Of a stretch of DNA of 64,000 bases, positions 1-13,364 are shown piece by piece (positions within the stretch are counted from its first letter, which is position 1; each line of letters starts with the position of its first letter). The notes below the pieces were generated by a model. It saw only the letters and a list, made by a program, of their open reading frames with translations, did not search any database and was not told where the DNA came from. Origin of the DNA: Okamejei kenojei (lineage: Eukaryota); assembly GCA_035221665.1 (NCBI GenBank), contig CM069163.1, positions 17,546,001 to 17,610,000 on the forward strand, in the 5' to 3' direction. A program made the translations under genes and the position numbers.

Positions 1-380
1 GGGAATGAACTAGGCTAACTGTCCTTTCCAGGAATCACTACTCTGCCTTAGTTTTGATGTGTCTAGCACACCTTGTAGCCTTAATGTTTCTTTCAGTTCC
101 ATTTCCACACCCACCCTCCTCTCATTTTGTCTTTTCTCCTGTTCTGCCCATTTGCTCATGTATGTCTGGCCTCTTTTTGTCTTATTCTCTGTCTTACAGT
201 CGTGTAACTAGCCTTTCTCAATTTGTGCAACGTCCTTCTACACACCATCCCTCTCTCTTTGTCTTCCTGTCCTTAGAACCGGCAGTTTAAACCTTACATT
301 GTACCAGTACCCCTGGGAATCTCGAAGAGCAGAGTAAAAATATAATATGACATCACCAGCTGACCTGCATCCGCACCGCG

Positions 381-404
381 GTGTGTGTGTGTGTGTGTGT
401 GTGT
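381..404. repeat. (GT)n microsatellite
   Basis: About 12 GT units. Confidence 0.95.
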
Positions 405-1159
405 ATTTGCAGTCGCAATAGCCAAACACATCAAATTAGCACAAAGGAATCAAAAGCAATTTCACACAGACAAACCCTCCAGGGCTGGCTAGTAAATTAG
501 GAGCAAACAGAATGAGTTTGGAAAAAAAACTATCACCATGATCATGAGCACTGGCGGGGCTAATTATAAGAATATTTTAACTTTCATGTTATATGAATTG
601 ACTGCTAAACCTCAGTCACATATATAGCAAGGCCACTGCTCCCTCATATACCACACTCACATATTACTGCTCACTACACCACACTCATTCTGTGGAGTAC
701 GCCCCTCATCACACTGTCCAATGCAACATGCCTCCATTTACACCCTAACCTCCAGCTATATTTAAAAAGCCGCTTGAAACTCCTCTTCATGCTGACAAGC
801 ACAGATGCAATATAGTCTGTGGCAAATTCAGATGAGATAATTGAAACAAAATGGCCATGGGACACACTTTGAAGTATTTTTCCCCCACAAAAGACAGTGA
901 CGTATCAAATTTTCCAAAGTGCAAGACAACATGTTACACGGGGGAGTTTTATTTGGGACACATTCTTAGTTATTTGTGACGCCTCATGTTAAAACGTATG
1001 ACAGATACTGGAACATATTCACCTCTCTGCCTTATTGCACCTTGATATATGGGCACTATTTAAGGGCACTAAATAAATGCTGAATAATACCATGTGATTT
1101 GTTGTCTCCTGAGTAATATTTAAAGCATGTTCCTTTATTCCCAAATGCAGGAACATATA

Positions 1160-1312
1160 ACTGCAGATACTGATTTAAACCAAATATAGACATAAAGTAC
1201 TGGAGGAACTCAGCGGGCCAGTCCGAACAAGGGTCACGACCCGAAACATCACCTATCCTTTTCCTCCAGAGATGCTGCCAGACCCACTGAGTTACTCCAG
1301 CTCTTTGTGTCT
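1160..1312. mobile_element. Palindromic Penelope-type element (inverted arms)
   Basis: Arms ctggaggaactcagcggg and cccactgagttactccag surround a degenerate hammerhead core (ccgaacaagggtcacgacccgaaacatc). Confidence 0.7.
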
Positions 1313-1759
1313 ATCTCTCTTTTATTTCTAAGTTGTCTCTTCTGAGTTGCTTAGAGCATTGTTCCAATGATTAATCTTCAAATCCTGGAGACATCAGGAT
1401 ATTCTGTCAACGATTGGCAACCTAACATCTGTGATAGTCAGGCATTGCGAAGGATGGAAAGATAGTGGAGTGGTTTAGTGTGGTTCTGTTGTTGGTGTTT
1501 TACCGTGTCTAGTGAGGCTTTCATGAAGTGCAATATAGCTCTGCATTAAAGCAGTTCGGGGAACATCAATTTGCCTGTATGGAATTCAGAATTCACTTCC
1601 AAAATTATTTACCTTTGTTTTCGTATATTATGGTCACATTTACCGAGATATGGTGAAAAACTGCTTCAGGTGGTACCCAGCCAAGTCACGTTATGAGTAC
1701 AATCATATGGATGTAAACAAGTGGAACAATTGTCGTTGTCAATTGTAGCTGGTAGATCT

Positions 1760-2250
1760 GATGCCTCACAATGCCAGACATCCAGGTTTGATCCTGACCT
1801 CAGATGCTGACTGTGTGGAGTTTGCACGTAACTGCATATCCAGGTTTCTTTCCACGTTCCAAACGATGTGTGGGTTGGTTGGCTAATTCGCTTCTGTAAA
1901 TTGTCCCCTGTGTGGGTGAATAGCAGATTCTGAGGGGCGGGGGGGGGTGGGGGGGGGGGGGGGCGGGCATAGTTGATGAGAATAAGGAGAGAGTTTTGAA
2001 AATGGGATTAATGTAGGATTATTGTAAAGGGGTGATTGATGGTAGGCAGCGATTCAGTGGACAGAAATTGGGAAATTTATAAAAGCCAATTAACCCTCAA
2101 ACTCACTCGTCTTTGGGATGTGCGAGAAAACTGGTGGAAACCTACATGCTCATAAGGAAAACGTGCAAACACCACACAAACAGCACCCGAGGTCAGGATT
2201 GAACCTGAGCAGTGTGAGGTAGCATCTTTACCAGCTGCGCCATTGTGCCA
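1760..2250. mobile_element. Two degenerate SINE pieces in opposite orientation
   Basis: + copy at about 1760-2065 and - copy at about 2075-2250, both similar to 23893-24181. Confidence 0.6.
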
Positions 2251-2653
2251 TTCATTGGATGCTGTATATGCTAACTATTAACAGCAGTTAATACAGTCCA
2301 AAAGTATTTCATTGGTCTAAAGTACTCAGGGACCACCTAAGATAATTAACAATATTTTTTAATTTATGCTCATGTGTACTGTGTGAAAGAGCAACATTTT
2401 AAAAGCAGCTGTGGCCCAACAGTGACACAATTTGCTAGCTTTCGTCCCAAAATTTTGTTCGGCTATGTTCCAAAAAAAAATGTTAAAGTAACTGTTATAG
2501 CCTTGATGTAGTGATGTGCTGGAAGATCCCGTTGAAGGTTTCAGAATATAAATGTCTGGGAACCTGAAGCTTTTCCAATTTTGACGAGTTTTGAATATCA
2601 GAAGTACCTGATACCAGTCTAATTTGAAAAACCTCAACATAGGTTTCCTGTCA

Positions 2654-2962
2654 TTTAGTTAAGTTTAGAGATACAGCGCAGAAACAGGCCCTTCGGCCCA
2701 CCGGGTCCGCACCGACAAGTGATCCCCGCACATTAACACTACCCTACACACGCTAGGGACAATTTTATATTTAGAACCAGGTCAAGTATCCTACAAACTT
2801 GCACGTCTTTGGAGTCTGGGAGGAAACCGAAGATCTTGGAGAAAACTCACTCAGGTCACGGGGAGAAAGTACAAACTCCGTACAGACAGCACCCGTAGTC
2901 AGTTTCGAACCTGGGTCTCTGGTGCTGCAAGGCAATAGCTCTACGGCCACGCCACCGTGCTG
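2654..2962 (-). mobile_element. tRNA-derived SINE (HE1/V-SINE-like)
   Basis: Reverse complement of 23893-24181, with B-box ggttcgaaac. Confidence 0.85.
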
Positions 2963-3330
2963 TTACACAACATCTGGGGTACAGTCTGTCCAGTTTAGGC
3001 ATTTTCCTTTCAGGGCTTTTTGATGTCTATTTAATTTAGAAAATCTCATCAAGTCTAGGACACATCAGGTGTCCAATTTAGGGAATCTCTCAACATCTAT
3101 GGTAAATAATATCCATCAAGTTTAGGCATTTATTTCCAGTGCAGGGGGAACCTTCCAGAACAATTGCCCAGGAGCTCTGGAGTAGTAGTCAGAAATCTTT
3201 AGGACAAGTTGGTGGAACTTACTGAGCCAAGCACATGTTCCAATCCAAATTAACAACAGACAAGCCCAGGTGTTACTTCAAAAAAGGTGCCAAATTATTA
3301 CTAACATCCAGTTTCCCTTGTTTCCTCTAG

Positions 3331-3459
3331 TTTTCAAAGGATAAATATATCCTGGATTCCAGTCCGGAGAAACTGCACAAAGAGTTGGAGGAGGAGCTCA
3401 AACTGAGCAGCACAGACCTGCGGAGTCACGCCTGGTACCATGGGCGCATCCCACGGGAG
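3331..3459 (+). CDS. SH2D3C: SH2D3C internal coding exon (start of SH2 domain); upstream exons lie outside the window
   Basis: cctctAG|...GAG|GTaatg, 129 nt, phase 0/0. Encodes FSKDKYILDSSPEKLHKELEEELKLSSTDLRSHAWYHGRIPRE, essentially the SH2D3C sequence. Confidence 0.95.
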
Positions 3460-3534
3460 GTAATGGAAAACGGCACCTTAAATTGGTTCTCAGTTAACAA
3501 AGGGGCCAATTATATCATGCCAATTTATCCGATT

Positions 3535-3663
3535 TATCATTATTAATGTTTAGTGTTTTCTGAGTCATTCGTAACTGTCACTGTATGTCATGTTGTTACT
3601 TGTGGGCGGAGCACCAAGGCAAATTCCTTGTATGTGAATATTTGGCCAATAAACTTACTTACC
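3535..3663 (+). mobile_element. Short 3' end of the same Rex1/Babar-type LINE
   Basis: Near-identical to the reverse complement of about 25045-25175 and ends AATAAACTTACTTAC. Confidence 0.8.
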
Positions 3664-4531
3664 TATTACATTTTTGTTGGAGCAAAAGTTATTATTACCA
3701 CAAACTATTACTATTGTAACTATTACAAGTGCGTAATATATTGTGCAGATGATAATATTGTAACAAAGGCTGCTACTTATGGAATCGCAGTGTGATTTAT
3801 TAGGCGCAACGTTTCTCAAAAGCCGTTAGTAGAAAATACCTCAAGCTCCCTCGACGTTCTGTGCCTCTTGCATGTTGTGAAGTTGGTGAAGAGAAAAACC
3901 ATTGCTTTCCTGTTTCATTGTCGCTGCTTGGAGAACCACCAATTGATGAATGCTCGGGCTCCCCCTTATGGAGCAGAAATAGTTGAGAGGAGTGACTCCA
4001 AAAAATAGCACAGCCGGCAGGTTTTGTGAATGTAAGAAAATAATGAGATTACTACAATCACTGATAGTTACTTTATTTTTTAAAAAATGTTTGGAAGCCT
4101 TTTATAGCTCTCTTTGAAATGCCTGCTTTTTAAATGTTGTTTGCTGTACCCATGGGACATGGATTGACACTGGCAGTAAAACCTTGCCTGTCTAATACTG
4201 GGGATTTACATGGCATGTTCTGTGCACTAGACTACTGAAGTCAGCATTTCCAAACTAAAAACTCTTTCAAATGCTTTATTAAATTATTTCTATTTTTATG
4301 ATGCAAATCAGTGTTGTAATTTATTCTCTTATTAACACACATCTTCTCCAGGATATCTGCCTGGATTTTCTATTCACATCAGGCTGTCCACAAATATCCA
4401 CAATTTTACACTATGTAAGGTTCCAAAGCTGAACTTCAGCGGTCTGCTTGAGCAAAGAGGCACAGAAGTTGGCATATCATTATCCAATGATAAACAATGG
4501 TTCATCTGTATTTTGGGCCTAATTTAAGAAT

Positions 4532-4830
4532 CAATAGACAATAGATGACAGGTGCAGGAGGAGGCCATTCGGCCCTTCGAACCAGCACCGCCATTCAATG
4601 TGATCATGGCTGATCATCACCAATCAATACCCCGCTCCTGCCTTCTCCCCATATCCCCTGACTCCGCTATTTTTAAGAACCCTATCTAGCCCTCTTTTGA
4701 AAGCATCCAGAGAACCTGCCTCCACCACCCTATGCGCGGCAGAGAATTCCACACACTCACCACTCTCTGTGAGAAAATGTGTTTCCTCGTCTCCGTTCTA
4801 AATGGCTTACTCCTTATTCTTAATCTGTGG
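4532..4830 (-). mobile_element. CR1 LINE 3' fragment
   Basis: Homologous to the CR1 3' ends at 19056, 36538 and 39043 (ggccattcggcccttcga, gaattccaca). Confidence 0.8.
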
Positions 4831-6317
4831 AATCGTATAATATTCTATGAAATGTATATATTTATTTTGTCACTGTTCTACAATAAATAGGTTACTGGTA
4901 AAGACATAAGAGTTCATGTTAAGCGCCTTATGTACAGACTTTTATGTTGTAACTACTTCCAAATGTAGTTCCAGTCACCAAAGCCCATTATTCAGTCACT
5001 GTTTTCAAGGTGTTTGTGGAAGCACTTGACAAAGAAAGCAGAAATTCGGTTACCAGGAATGAATGTAATTTGAAAACAAATTGAAATGTCAAGGTGATAG
5101 CTCCCTCGTGTATTACTATGAATAAAAATGATCAAGAGATATAGCACCTAAAAGCTGGGAAAAACTGCAATAGATCTTCTGCTTTTCCTCTATGCAGGAA
5201 AAGGATTTGACATTTTTACTGCTACAGGCATTAAAAACATAAATATACATCAGAGCACAGTGAGCGGTTGGGGGGGGAGAGTGCAGCTGACAGTCTGATG
5301 AACAGCCAGTCTATGGCCTCTCAGTGTCTTGACACCTTTTCATTAGTTTATTCTGAAAATTTCACACCTGCCTAGTGAGGTGAAGAATGGAGAGTGATCT
5401 TCAGTGCTTTATTTTCGTAGACACATCAATTGAAAAATTATGCTATATTTATCGACAATTTTTTCCCATCAACATGTCCCCTTCCTCTGTTTTGATTCTG
5501 TGCCCAATCAACTTCTAATTTAACAACTAATAAGTAAAAAGGTAAAATCACCACCTGTTATAAATTAAATGTTATTTGAAAAACTAGTTTTTAAACTTTT
5601 TAGAAGATGCTAAAAAAACACCAATGGTGTTTATTTCCAGGATCTCAGGGTTAATGACATGCCTGTCAGGTCAGGTTCAGCCGTTACAAGCACAGTGGAT
5701 CACTTTCATTGGTTTCACCAGGGGTTGCCTCTGTTGCAACTGCAGGAAGTGTACCGTTGTGCAAAGTAGCTACATTGATGGATGGGAAATGGTCCTGTCC
5801 CCATCCATCAATGTGGGTCTTTGCAGAATGATATTCCTACTGCCCAGAGGACCTGCTGGTCAGTGGTCAGGAGCAAGAACATTGGGTGATTTTATCTAAA
5901 TGCCAACCCCTGGGTCAAAGCCGCGTATGTATTGCACAGGCTATAGACAGGGACTCACTTCAATGGCTGGGCGACAAAGGATGTATCAATGGAACTGATG
6001 CTGAGGGATTGGCCGGTAGAATTTATGAAGTACCGAACGGGGTTGAAAATGCAGTATTAAGTTAGAAATCTGGAACAATCTCCTTCAAAAATGCTATTGA
6101 AACTGGGATGGGGAGAGGTAGGGGGCGGTACAGGGTCACCTGAAAGATTCAACACTTTGTTTTAGGTAACTGCATAAAGAGAATCAGAATTATGAAAAGT
6201 GTAAGGAATACAACATAGTTTGTCCCTTATCCAATTGTATGGACGAACAGGCTTGTGGGGACAAATCTGGTTCCTGTGTTCCTCAACAATTTTTTTTAAA
6301 TTCTGATATCTTTTCAG

Positions 6318-6766
6318 GTGTCTGAGAATCTAATGCAGAAAAATGGTGATTTCCTCATTCGAGATTCCCTCACGTGTGTCGGTGATTACGTGCTGACCTG
6401 CCAATGGAGAAATGAACCTCTTCACTTCAAAATCAACAAGGTGATGATCAAACAGAACGAGGCCTTCACCCGCATCCAGTTTCTGTTTGAACGGGAGAGC
6501 TTCGACAACATCCCCGCCCTGGTCAGGTTTTACATCAGGAACCGCAAGCCCGTCTCCGAGCAGAGTGGTGCCATCATCTACTGTCCAATCAACCGCACCC
6601 TCCCCCTCCGATACCTGGAGGCCAGCTACGGGCTGTCCAATGGGAAGTATGGGCTGGCTCACCCCTCAGCAAATCAGAAAGGTGGATACATTAAGCGGAG
6701 GAGTGTGACCATGACGGACGGCCTGACGTCTGACAAGATCATCCGTAGTGACAGCTGTGGTGACAG
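6318..6766 (+). CDS. SH2D3C: SH2D3C exon, SH2 domain core
   Basis: ttttcAG|GTG...GACAG|GTaaat, 449 nt, phase 0/2. Contains GDFLIRDS, SEQSGAIIYCP, PLRYLEASYGL and KRRSVTMTDGL, which are SH2D3C-type rather than BCAR3-type. Confidence 0.96.
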
Positions 6767-8014
6767 GTAAATGTTTGGGTTCTTGAGGGAAAAGGAACTC
6801 TGGTTTCCCTTGTGCTGCAGAAAATTAGTTTCAGATGCTTCTTCTTCTTGCGTATGCCGTGCACAGCCTAAAGGTGTGGGTCAACTTGTTCTATTTGACC
6901 TTGTTTGTGCACGTCGGGTTAATTGCATTAGTCGAAACAGGGTGGACCACATGAAGGTTGCAATCTCCCACGCTCGTTTCAGATCCTCAGACAGCTGTGT
7001 ATCTACGAAGGTGTGATTGGCAAGGGGGTCAAGGGTTATGGGGGTGGGGGGGAAGGCAGGAAAATGGGGTTGAGAGGAAAAGATAGATCAGCCATGATTG
7101 AATGGCAGAGTAAACTTGATGGGCCGAATGGCCTGATTCTGCTCCTACCACTTATGAACATGAACACATGTATTGGGACTAAATGGAATACTCTGTAACT
7201 TGTCAGCATCCTATATATGGTGACTCTTTGTATACTTGTTTTTTGCAAAACGAAGAATCTCACCATGACATGTCACTTGTGATAATAAAGTGTAATTCTT
7301 TCATTGGTTGAATATAGGATCCGGTTCAGTTATGATTTCCATGTGCCCATTCCCCATTATCTTATTGTCTGAGACACTCAAATTACATGCAAACTGTGAC
7401 CTTCTGCTTGAAGATCAGAGAAGCAGGAAAACATTTGGCACCAGGATGGCCGTAATTATGAAAATGGGCTGCACTTGGGGTGGCAGTGCCTTGGAAATGG
7501 ATGGAATAACTTGCCGCTCTCCTCACAGGAGGCTAGGAGTAAGCCAGCTGGCTCTGAACTTCCACAACATTGGGCAGTGGGTTGGCAAGATGATTATTGG
7601 AAGTAGGGAGGATCCTAAAGTGGCAGCACCACTGCTTTGGACTACAGCTGCTTCAGGGAGACTCCCAGAGTCAGGTGGTGAGCCCACTTCACGTTTCAGT
7701 TCAGGGCCTATGCTGTAGCTTAGGTTGCCATTATGTGGGATCCCCAGCAGTTTACTGTCAAGTTGTGCTCTCTTCAATTTGTAAGGCAAGTGAGACAAAG
7801 ATGGTGAGGAGTAACCTGGCAGTCTCCAGGACCACCTAATCTCCATCTATGGCCAGCTGGCACAATATAATTGAATGCTGGTTTTCAAAATGGACTAGGT
7901 TTCACTAGCTACCCAAATTTACTCCTGGACTTTGACACCTAGAGAGTAAGACAGTTAAATGCTAATTGGCAATGCAAAAGAGCTACCATTCAACAGTGTC
8001 TTGCCTTCCTACAG

Positions 8015-8139
8015 CATTCCGTCACCGCATCACAAGGATCCAATCCGCAACTTTGCTCTGAGCATGGATCAGATCAAGGACATTCGCCACGGAATGGGCC
8101 CAGTGAATGAGATCCCTCTCTCTCCAGAGTACAGCACAA
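8015..8139 (+). CDS. SH2D3C: SH2D3C exon (Ser/Pro-rich linker)
   Basis: cctacAG|C...ACAA|GTaagt, 125 nt, phase 2/1. Encodes IPSPHHKDPIRNFALSMDQI...PLSPEYST. Confidence 0.9.
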
Positions 8140-8840
8140 GTAAGTGACGTCAAAATAATACCGTAACTGGCCTTCCAGTAAAATGTTGCCATCTGACACA
8201 ACAAAGCATTTTGCAAAGATCTAAGCAGATCTTGAGCATTTAGAGTCATAGTGGAGCACAACTTGGAAGCAGGCCATTTGGTTCGCCCTGTTTATGCCAC
8301 CAAGTGAGCGTCCTGTTTGCACTTGGTCCATTGCCCTCTAAACATTTCCTATCCTTTCCATCTACAACTCATGCTAGATACGAATTGCCATCCTAGTGAA
8401 AAGGTTACCGTGAATGTCCATCTTAAATCTCTCCTCACTCACCCTCTGCCGATGCCTCTAGTTTTAAAATCCCTCAAAGAAAAACGTCCCAGCCTCTCCC
8501 TAGAACTTAATCCCGCAAGCCCAGGAGACATCCAGATGCATCTACAACCTTTGCAACTTAATAACACCCTTCCTGTAGCTGGGTGACCAGAGTTGAACAC
8601 AGTTTTTTTTTTTAAAGTTCTGCTTCCACAGGTGAGAATCATTGTCAGGGAATCACTTTGGTAGATGCACGTGTTTATGAACCACAGACCCATGTTTCAA
8701 TTTGGGCCCTGGATAATCTCAGGAGCTGGATCTGTACCATTGTCAGCAATATGTCAGTTCCATCCGAAAAGCAAAAGGGCTGGGGGTAGGGGGTAATCCA
8801 AGTAAGGTGCCGGCATCTAATGTTGTTAAATCTTCCACAG

Positions 8841-9505
8841 GCTTGAAGCACAAAAGCCAGCTGGGCCGAGTAGCGAGGATGTCGCCATCATCGCCTGTAC
8901 TCCGGCGATCCAGTGAACCACAACTAAGCCCAACGATCGGTAACAGTCTATGTCAGGAGCCCAACAAGGACAAGGCTCCCGAGGCTTCGAGTGGACCTCA
9001 TTGCACCAGCACACATTCTGCCCAGTCGCACGGCTCCTCGCAGTCAGACCAGAGGGTTGCCTCAGAGAACTGTGGAGTATCAGAACACAGCCACTACTGT
9101 GAGCTGCGGCCATCTTCACCGATCGACTGGGAGAGGCAGCAGCTGGAACTGGCCCTCAAGCAAAGCCAGCTGATGGCAAAGAGCTACGTGGAACGGTTGA
9201 AAGTGGAGGAAAATCCGAACATATCGAGCTTGCAGTCTGAGACGAACTTCGGGTGCCTGGACTCAGAGACGTATCTCAGTCCGTTGCCCAGCTGTGCAGA
9301 GGAGGAGGAGGGACAGCAGTGCCATTGGTTCACAGCCCCGGTTATCGAACTGGAATCTTCCTTTCACCCAAACGGTTATCAGTCTCTGCTCATTCCCTTG
9401 GAGAACAAGCCACTCGAGATGACCGTCCTAAAGAGAGTCAAGGAGCTGTTGGCTGAGGAAGATGCAAAAACTATTGCCAAACATATCACAAAAGTTGACT
9501 GCACG
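8841..9505 (+). CDS. SH2D3C: SH2D3C large exon (linker to start of CDC25-like domain)
   Basis: ccacAG|GC...ACG|GTaaga, 665 nt, phase 1/0. Contains RRSSEPQL, SYVERL, ENKPLEMTVLKRVKELLAE and AKHITKVDCT. Confidence 0.93.
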
Positions 9506-10216
9506 GTAAGAAAATCTAGTTCCAGTGGATTCATCTCAATTACATTTCATTATTTTGCTGAGTTGAGGAAATAGTAAACCTTTCTTATTAACAAGGCTAG
9601 TCCAATCTAAGAAAGTCCCATCTAAGCAGCTTGTTGGCATAAAATGTTCATTCCTGTGTTGCCTTTTCGAATCATCAGAAGCAGACAAAGTCCTTCTCAC
9701 AGAATAAAGACTTGTCATCATTGTAATGTAATAAATGGCAGTAATTGGCACCAGGAAACTCCCATAAACAATAGTGAAAAGAGAACAGGTTAATCTGTGT
9801 GGATGTTTTTAGTCGAGCATTGAATGTTGGGTTCGACAGCCGAGAAGAGGTTCTGACCCTTACTCCACGAGGTCTTGTATATCAGCCTCAAAGAATAGAT
9901 GGAGCTTCAATTTATGGTCTCACACAAAACACTGTATCTTCAGTGATGCAGCATTTCTGTCATATTGCACCAAAGTGCCAGGCCAGATTATACTGCACAA
10001 ATACCTCTGAACCCACAATCTCTAACTCAAAAGTGTAAATATAGAGCAAAACAGGCTCCAGAAAGTCTCACAATCTATGCTGTTGGACAATCTGAGGCAA
10101 GCTGAAGCACACCTGGTAGTTTTCATGTACTGGATCTGGGGAGGGGGCTGTTTTTCCACTGAAGATTGTGAACTCATCAGTTGTCTTACTGGGACAGTTG
10201 GGTAAGGACAGGACCA

Positions 10217-10580
10217 GTACAATACAATACGATATAATATTTTATTCCATGTCATTTGAACCTCTGTGAGGCTCAAACGAAACTCTGTTTCTACAGCCAT
10301 ACAAACAAAGACAATTCCTACAAAACATACAAACAATTCAATTTACACAAACGTCCATCACAGTGAATCTCCTCCTCACTGTGATGGAAGGCAAAGTCTT
10401 TTCTCTCCCCTGCACCATTTCTCTCCCGATGTTGAAGCCCCAGGCGGGCGATGGTAAGTCAGCCATTTAAGGCCGCGCCGGGCGATGTGCGGCCCCGCTC
10501 CGGGTCGTTCCAACCCCGCAACACGGGCTGGAGAAGTTGCGTCGCGGGAGCTCCGAAAAGCGGTCTCCCACCCGGACCAG
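10217..10580 (-). mobile_element. GC-rich retroposon fragment with (ATTGT)n tail
   Basis: CpG-rich body, minus-strand AATAAA and a simple-repeat tail. Family not identified. Confidence 0.55.
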
Positions 10581-11066
10581 TCCCAGTTTTGTTACATGTG
10601 CAGCTGAATATTTATCATGGACAATGTCCTGACTCTCATATTATCTAGGGCCGCTTAGCAGAAGCTGGCTGAGTCCTGGTGAGGCCAGAAGAAGAAATAA
10701 AAGTGGACTTGAATTGCTTGATTTATTCATCTTAAGCACTGTAGTTGGCATTTTACCAGCCTGTTCTAACCACCAAGTTCAATTTGTTCTCTGTCTAAAA
10801 AGCGACAATGTTCCTTAAAACTAAAATTAAGTTAAACATTTTTCAGTGTGTGTATCCACAGTTCCCTTGTCCAATTCTGAGAGACAAATGTGTATCCCAA
10901 ACAGTTGATTGGAAGTCTTGATGTTTCACAAGCGCAAGACAGAGTGTGGAGATCTTTTTGATAAACAGATCGATATTCAGAGGCTGAATGTGATGCTTGT
11001 TACTTGTGGCCATGTATTTGCTGAGAGTGCAAATTGATTAATCTCCTTTATATCCTGTCTCCACAG

Positions 11067-11182
11067 GTTGCTAGGATACTGGCTGTTTCTAAGGAGCTGC
11101 AGAAGCAGATGGGAGTGAGCTCAGGGCTGGAGTTACTTACTCTTCCCCACGGGCACCAGCTTCGACTCGACTTACTGGAACG
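11067..11182 (+). CDS. SH2D3C: SH2D3C exon (CDC25-like domain)
   Basis: ccacAG|GTT...CG|GTgagc, 116 nt, phase 0/2. Encodes VARILAVSKELQKQMGVSSGLELLTLPHGHQLRLDLLER. Confidence 0.95.
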
Positions 11183-12350
11183 GTGAGCGAAACCGAGAGT
11201 CGTGGTGTAAACCACGTCCTGTGTCCTCGGCCGCCTTGCAGCCCAGTTACTTTGAAACAGGGCGGCTTCTAGAGTTGTTTCATAAATGTTCTGGCATCAG
11301 TTTGTAACTTTGGGATAATGTCACTGTATTTGAGCCAAACTGCTTGTTGTAATCAGGTGGCCAATCTCCTGCAGCAAGAATTTGTGCAGAAAATTTCCAT
11401 TTCATTTACTCTTTTGTCCTGTGGGAAGGAAAAGTATGATCATTTCTTCCTATCCTAAAGGTGCTGCCGACTGCTTGGTTTGTTACATTAGGTACGTAAA
11501 ATGAAGGGAGACAAGGCTATTCAACTATAAGAGACATTCACACAACAATCTAGAGCAAGCACGTGTTAAGCACATGTTGATTTTTAGGTCAAAACTCATT
11601 TGTAGGTCAGGAAATTAAAGGGCAGAACTGATGTTCCTACCCATGCTTTAGTCAGCTCTGAGCAACACACAACATATGTTTTTAAGTTCCAATCCAGAAT
11701 GTGGAGCACCATTTCGGCTCTAGCTGAGCTGCTCATTTCAGGAGCAAGTTAAAACAAGGCCCAAGTCTGCTGTTTAAAGTGGTTATTAAAGATGCCAAGT
11801 CTCAGTATTTTGAGACGACCAAGGGTTAACATAAAACATAGAACAGCACAGCACCAGAGCAGGCCCTTCAGCCCACAAAGTCTGCCCTGTTACTTTCAAA
11901 GGCAATGGTTAAATCTTATTTTACCTGCTGGCAATTTTGGAGATTAATTAGAAGAACCTATAGTCTCTGGGGGCTGCTAACTCTATGACATGTTTTACAA
12001 CAGCACAGTGTGATGATGCCCTTACTGAACAGATCTTACTGGGTGCTGAAAAATAATATTTAGCCTGCAGGCAGGTAAAATTAGTGCACAGCTTTATACA
12101 TTAATCTAAAGCAACAAATAGTCGCATGCTAGATTCAATGGCAAAACCTGCAAACACTCTGGGCAGTTTGTAAGTCAATAAAAGTATCTATACAAGAATG
12201 GTCAATGGGGACTTGGAAGCAGGAAGGATAAAGGAAATGGAGAGTTATGGGGCACTCAAAGACAGGATCAGGGTTCGAAGACAGTGAATGGTATTTTATG
12301 GAGTATATATGACTGCATCGTTCTTCCTGAGAACAATTAATGTGTAACAG

Positions 12351-12790
12351 GGATGTTGCCAGGCCTTGAGGGCCTTGAGCTCTAGGGAGATGTTGGGCAG
12401 GATAGGATTTTATTCCTTGGAGTGCATGAGGTTGAAGGGTGATCTTATACAGGTTTATAAATTTATGAGGGGAACAGGTAAAGTGAATGCACATAGTCCT
12501 TTACCCAGAGTAGGCCAATCAAGAACAAGACAATATACGTTTAAGGTGAGAGGGGAAGGATTTAATAGGAACCAAAGGAGAAATGTTTTTCAATCAGAGG
12601 GAGGTAGGTATATGGAACAAGCTGCCCGCGGAAGTAGTTGAGGCAGGTATTATAACAACATTTAAAACATTTTGGACAGGTACATGATTAGGAAAAGGTT
12701 TAGAGGTATATAGGATAATGCAGGCAATGGGACCAATGTAGATGGGACATACTGATTGCCATGGACAAGTTGGGCCATGCTATATGACTT
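12351..12790 (+). mobile_element. CR1 LINE 3' fragment
   Basis: FYSLECMRLKGDLIQVYKFMRG...SRTR...FKVRG, the typical CR1 ORF2 C-terminus. Confidence 0.85.
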
Positions 12791-13192
12791 TAATTGTCCA
12801 CAAATGCATGTGGGAATTTTGACAAGCATCTATCGCTGCAGGACAAGTAGCTGAGCATTCTAAGAGAGTCCCCCAGGCCAAAGTTATTTACTGAACTAAT
12901 TAGACCGGGGTTGAGTACAGTGGGACACAGGGTCTGGAAGACGTAAATGATGGCAGATGCTAGAATCAAGCAACAAACAATCTGCTGGAGTAACTCAATA
13001 GGTCAAGCAGCATCTGAGGGGGAAAGGAATGGTCAATGTTTTGGGTTGAAACCCTGCATCAAATGTTCTGTTATTCTCTGCAATGAAAAGTTCTGACAAA
13101 TAGTCATGATATGTCAGTTTGCTTTATCTACCCACTGAGCATCCCCTGCATTTTCTATATTAACTCTAGGTCTTCTTTACCTTTTTCCATAG

Positions 13193-13364
13193 ATTTAATA
13201 CCATGTCAATCATGATGGCAGTGGACATTCTGGGCTGCACGAGCAGCACAGAGGAGCGAGCCTCCCTCCTGCATAAAACTATACAGTTGGCTGCTGAACT
13301 GAAGAGCAATATGGGAAATATGTTTGGCTTTGCCGCTGTGATGAAAGCTTTGGAAATGCCTCAG
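13193..13364 (+). CDS. SH2D3C: SH2D3C exon (CDC25-like domain)
   Basis: ccatAG|A...CAG|GTaggt, 172 nt, phase 2/0. Encodes FNTMSIMMAVDILGC...MGNMFGFAAVMKALEMPQ. Confidence 0.95.

Noticed and set aside
6318-6766. Assignment of the + strand gene to BCAR3 or SH2D3A
   Set aside because: Diagnostic stretches (LSSTDLRSHAWY, LRYLEASYGL, KRRSVTMTDGL, ALSMDQI) match SH2D3C.
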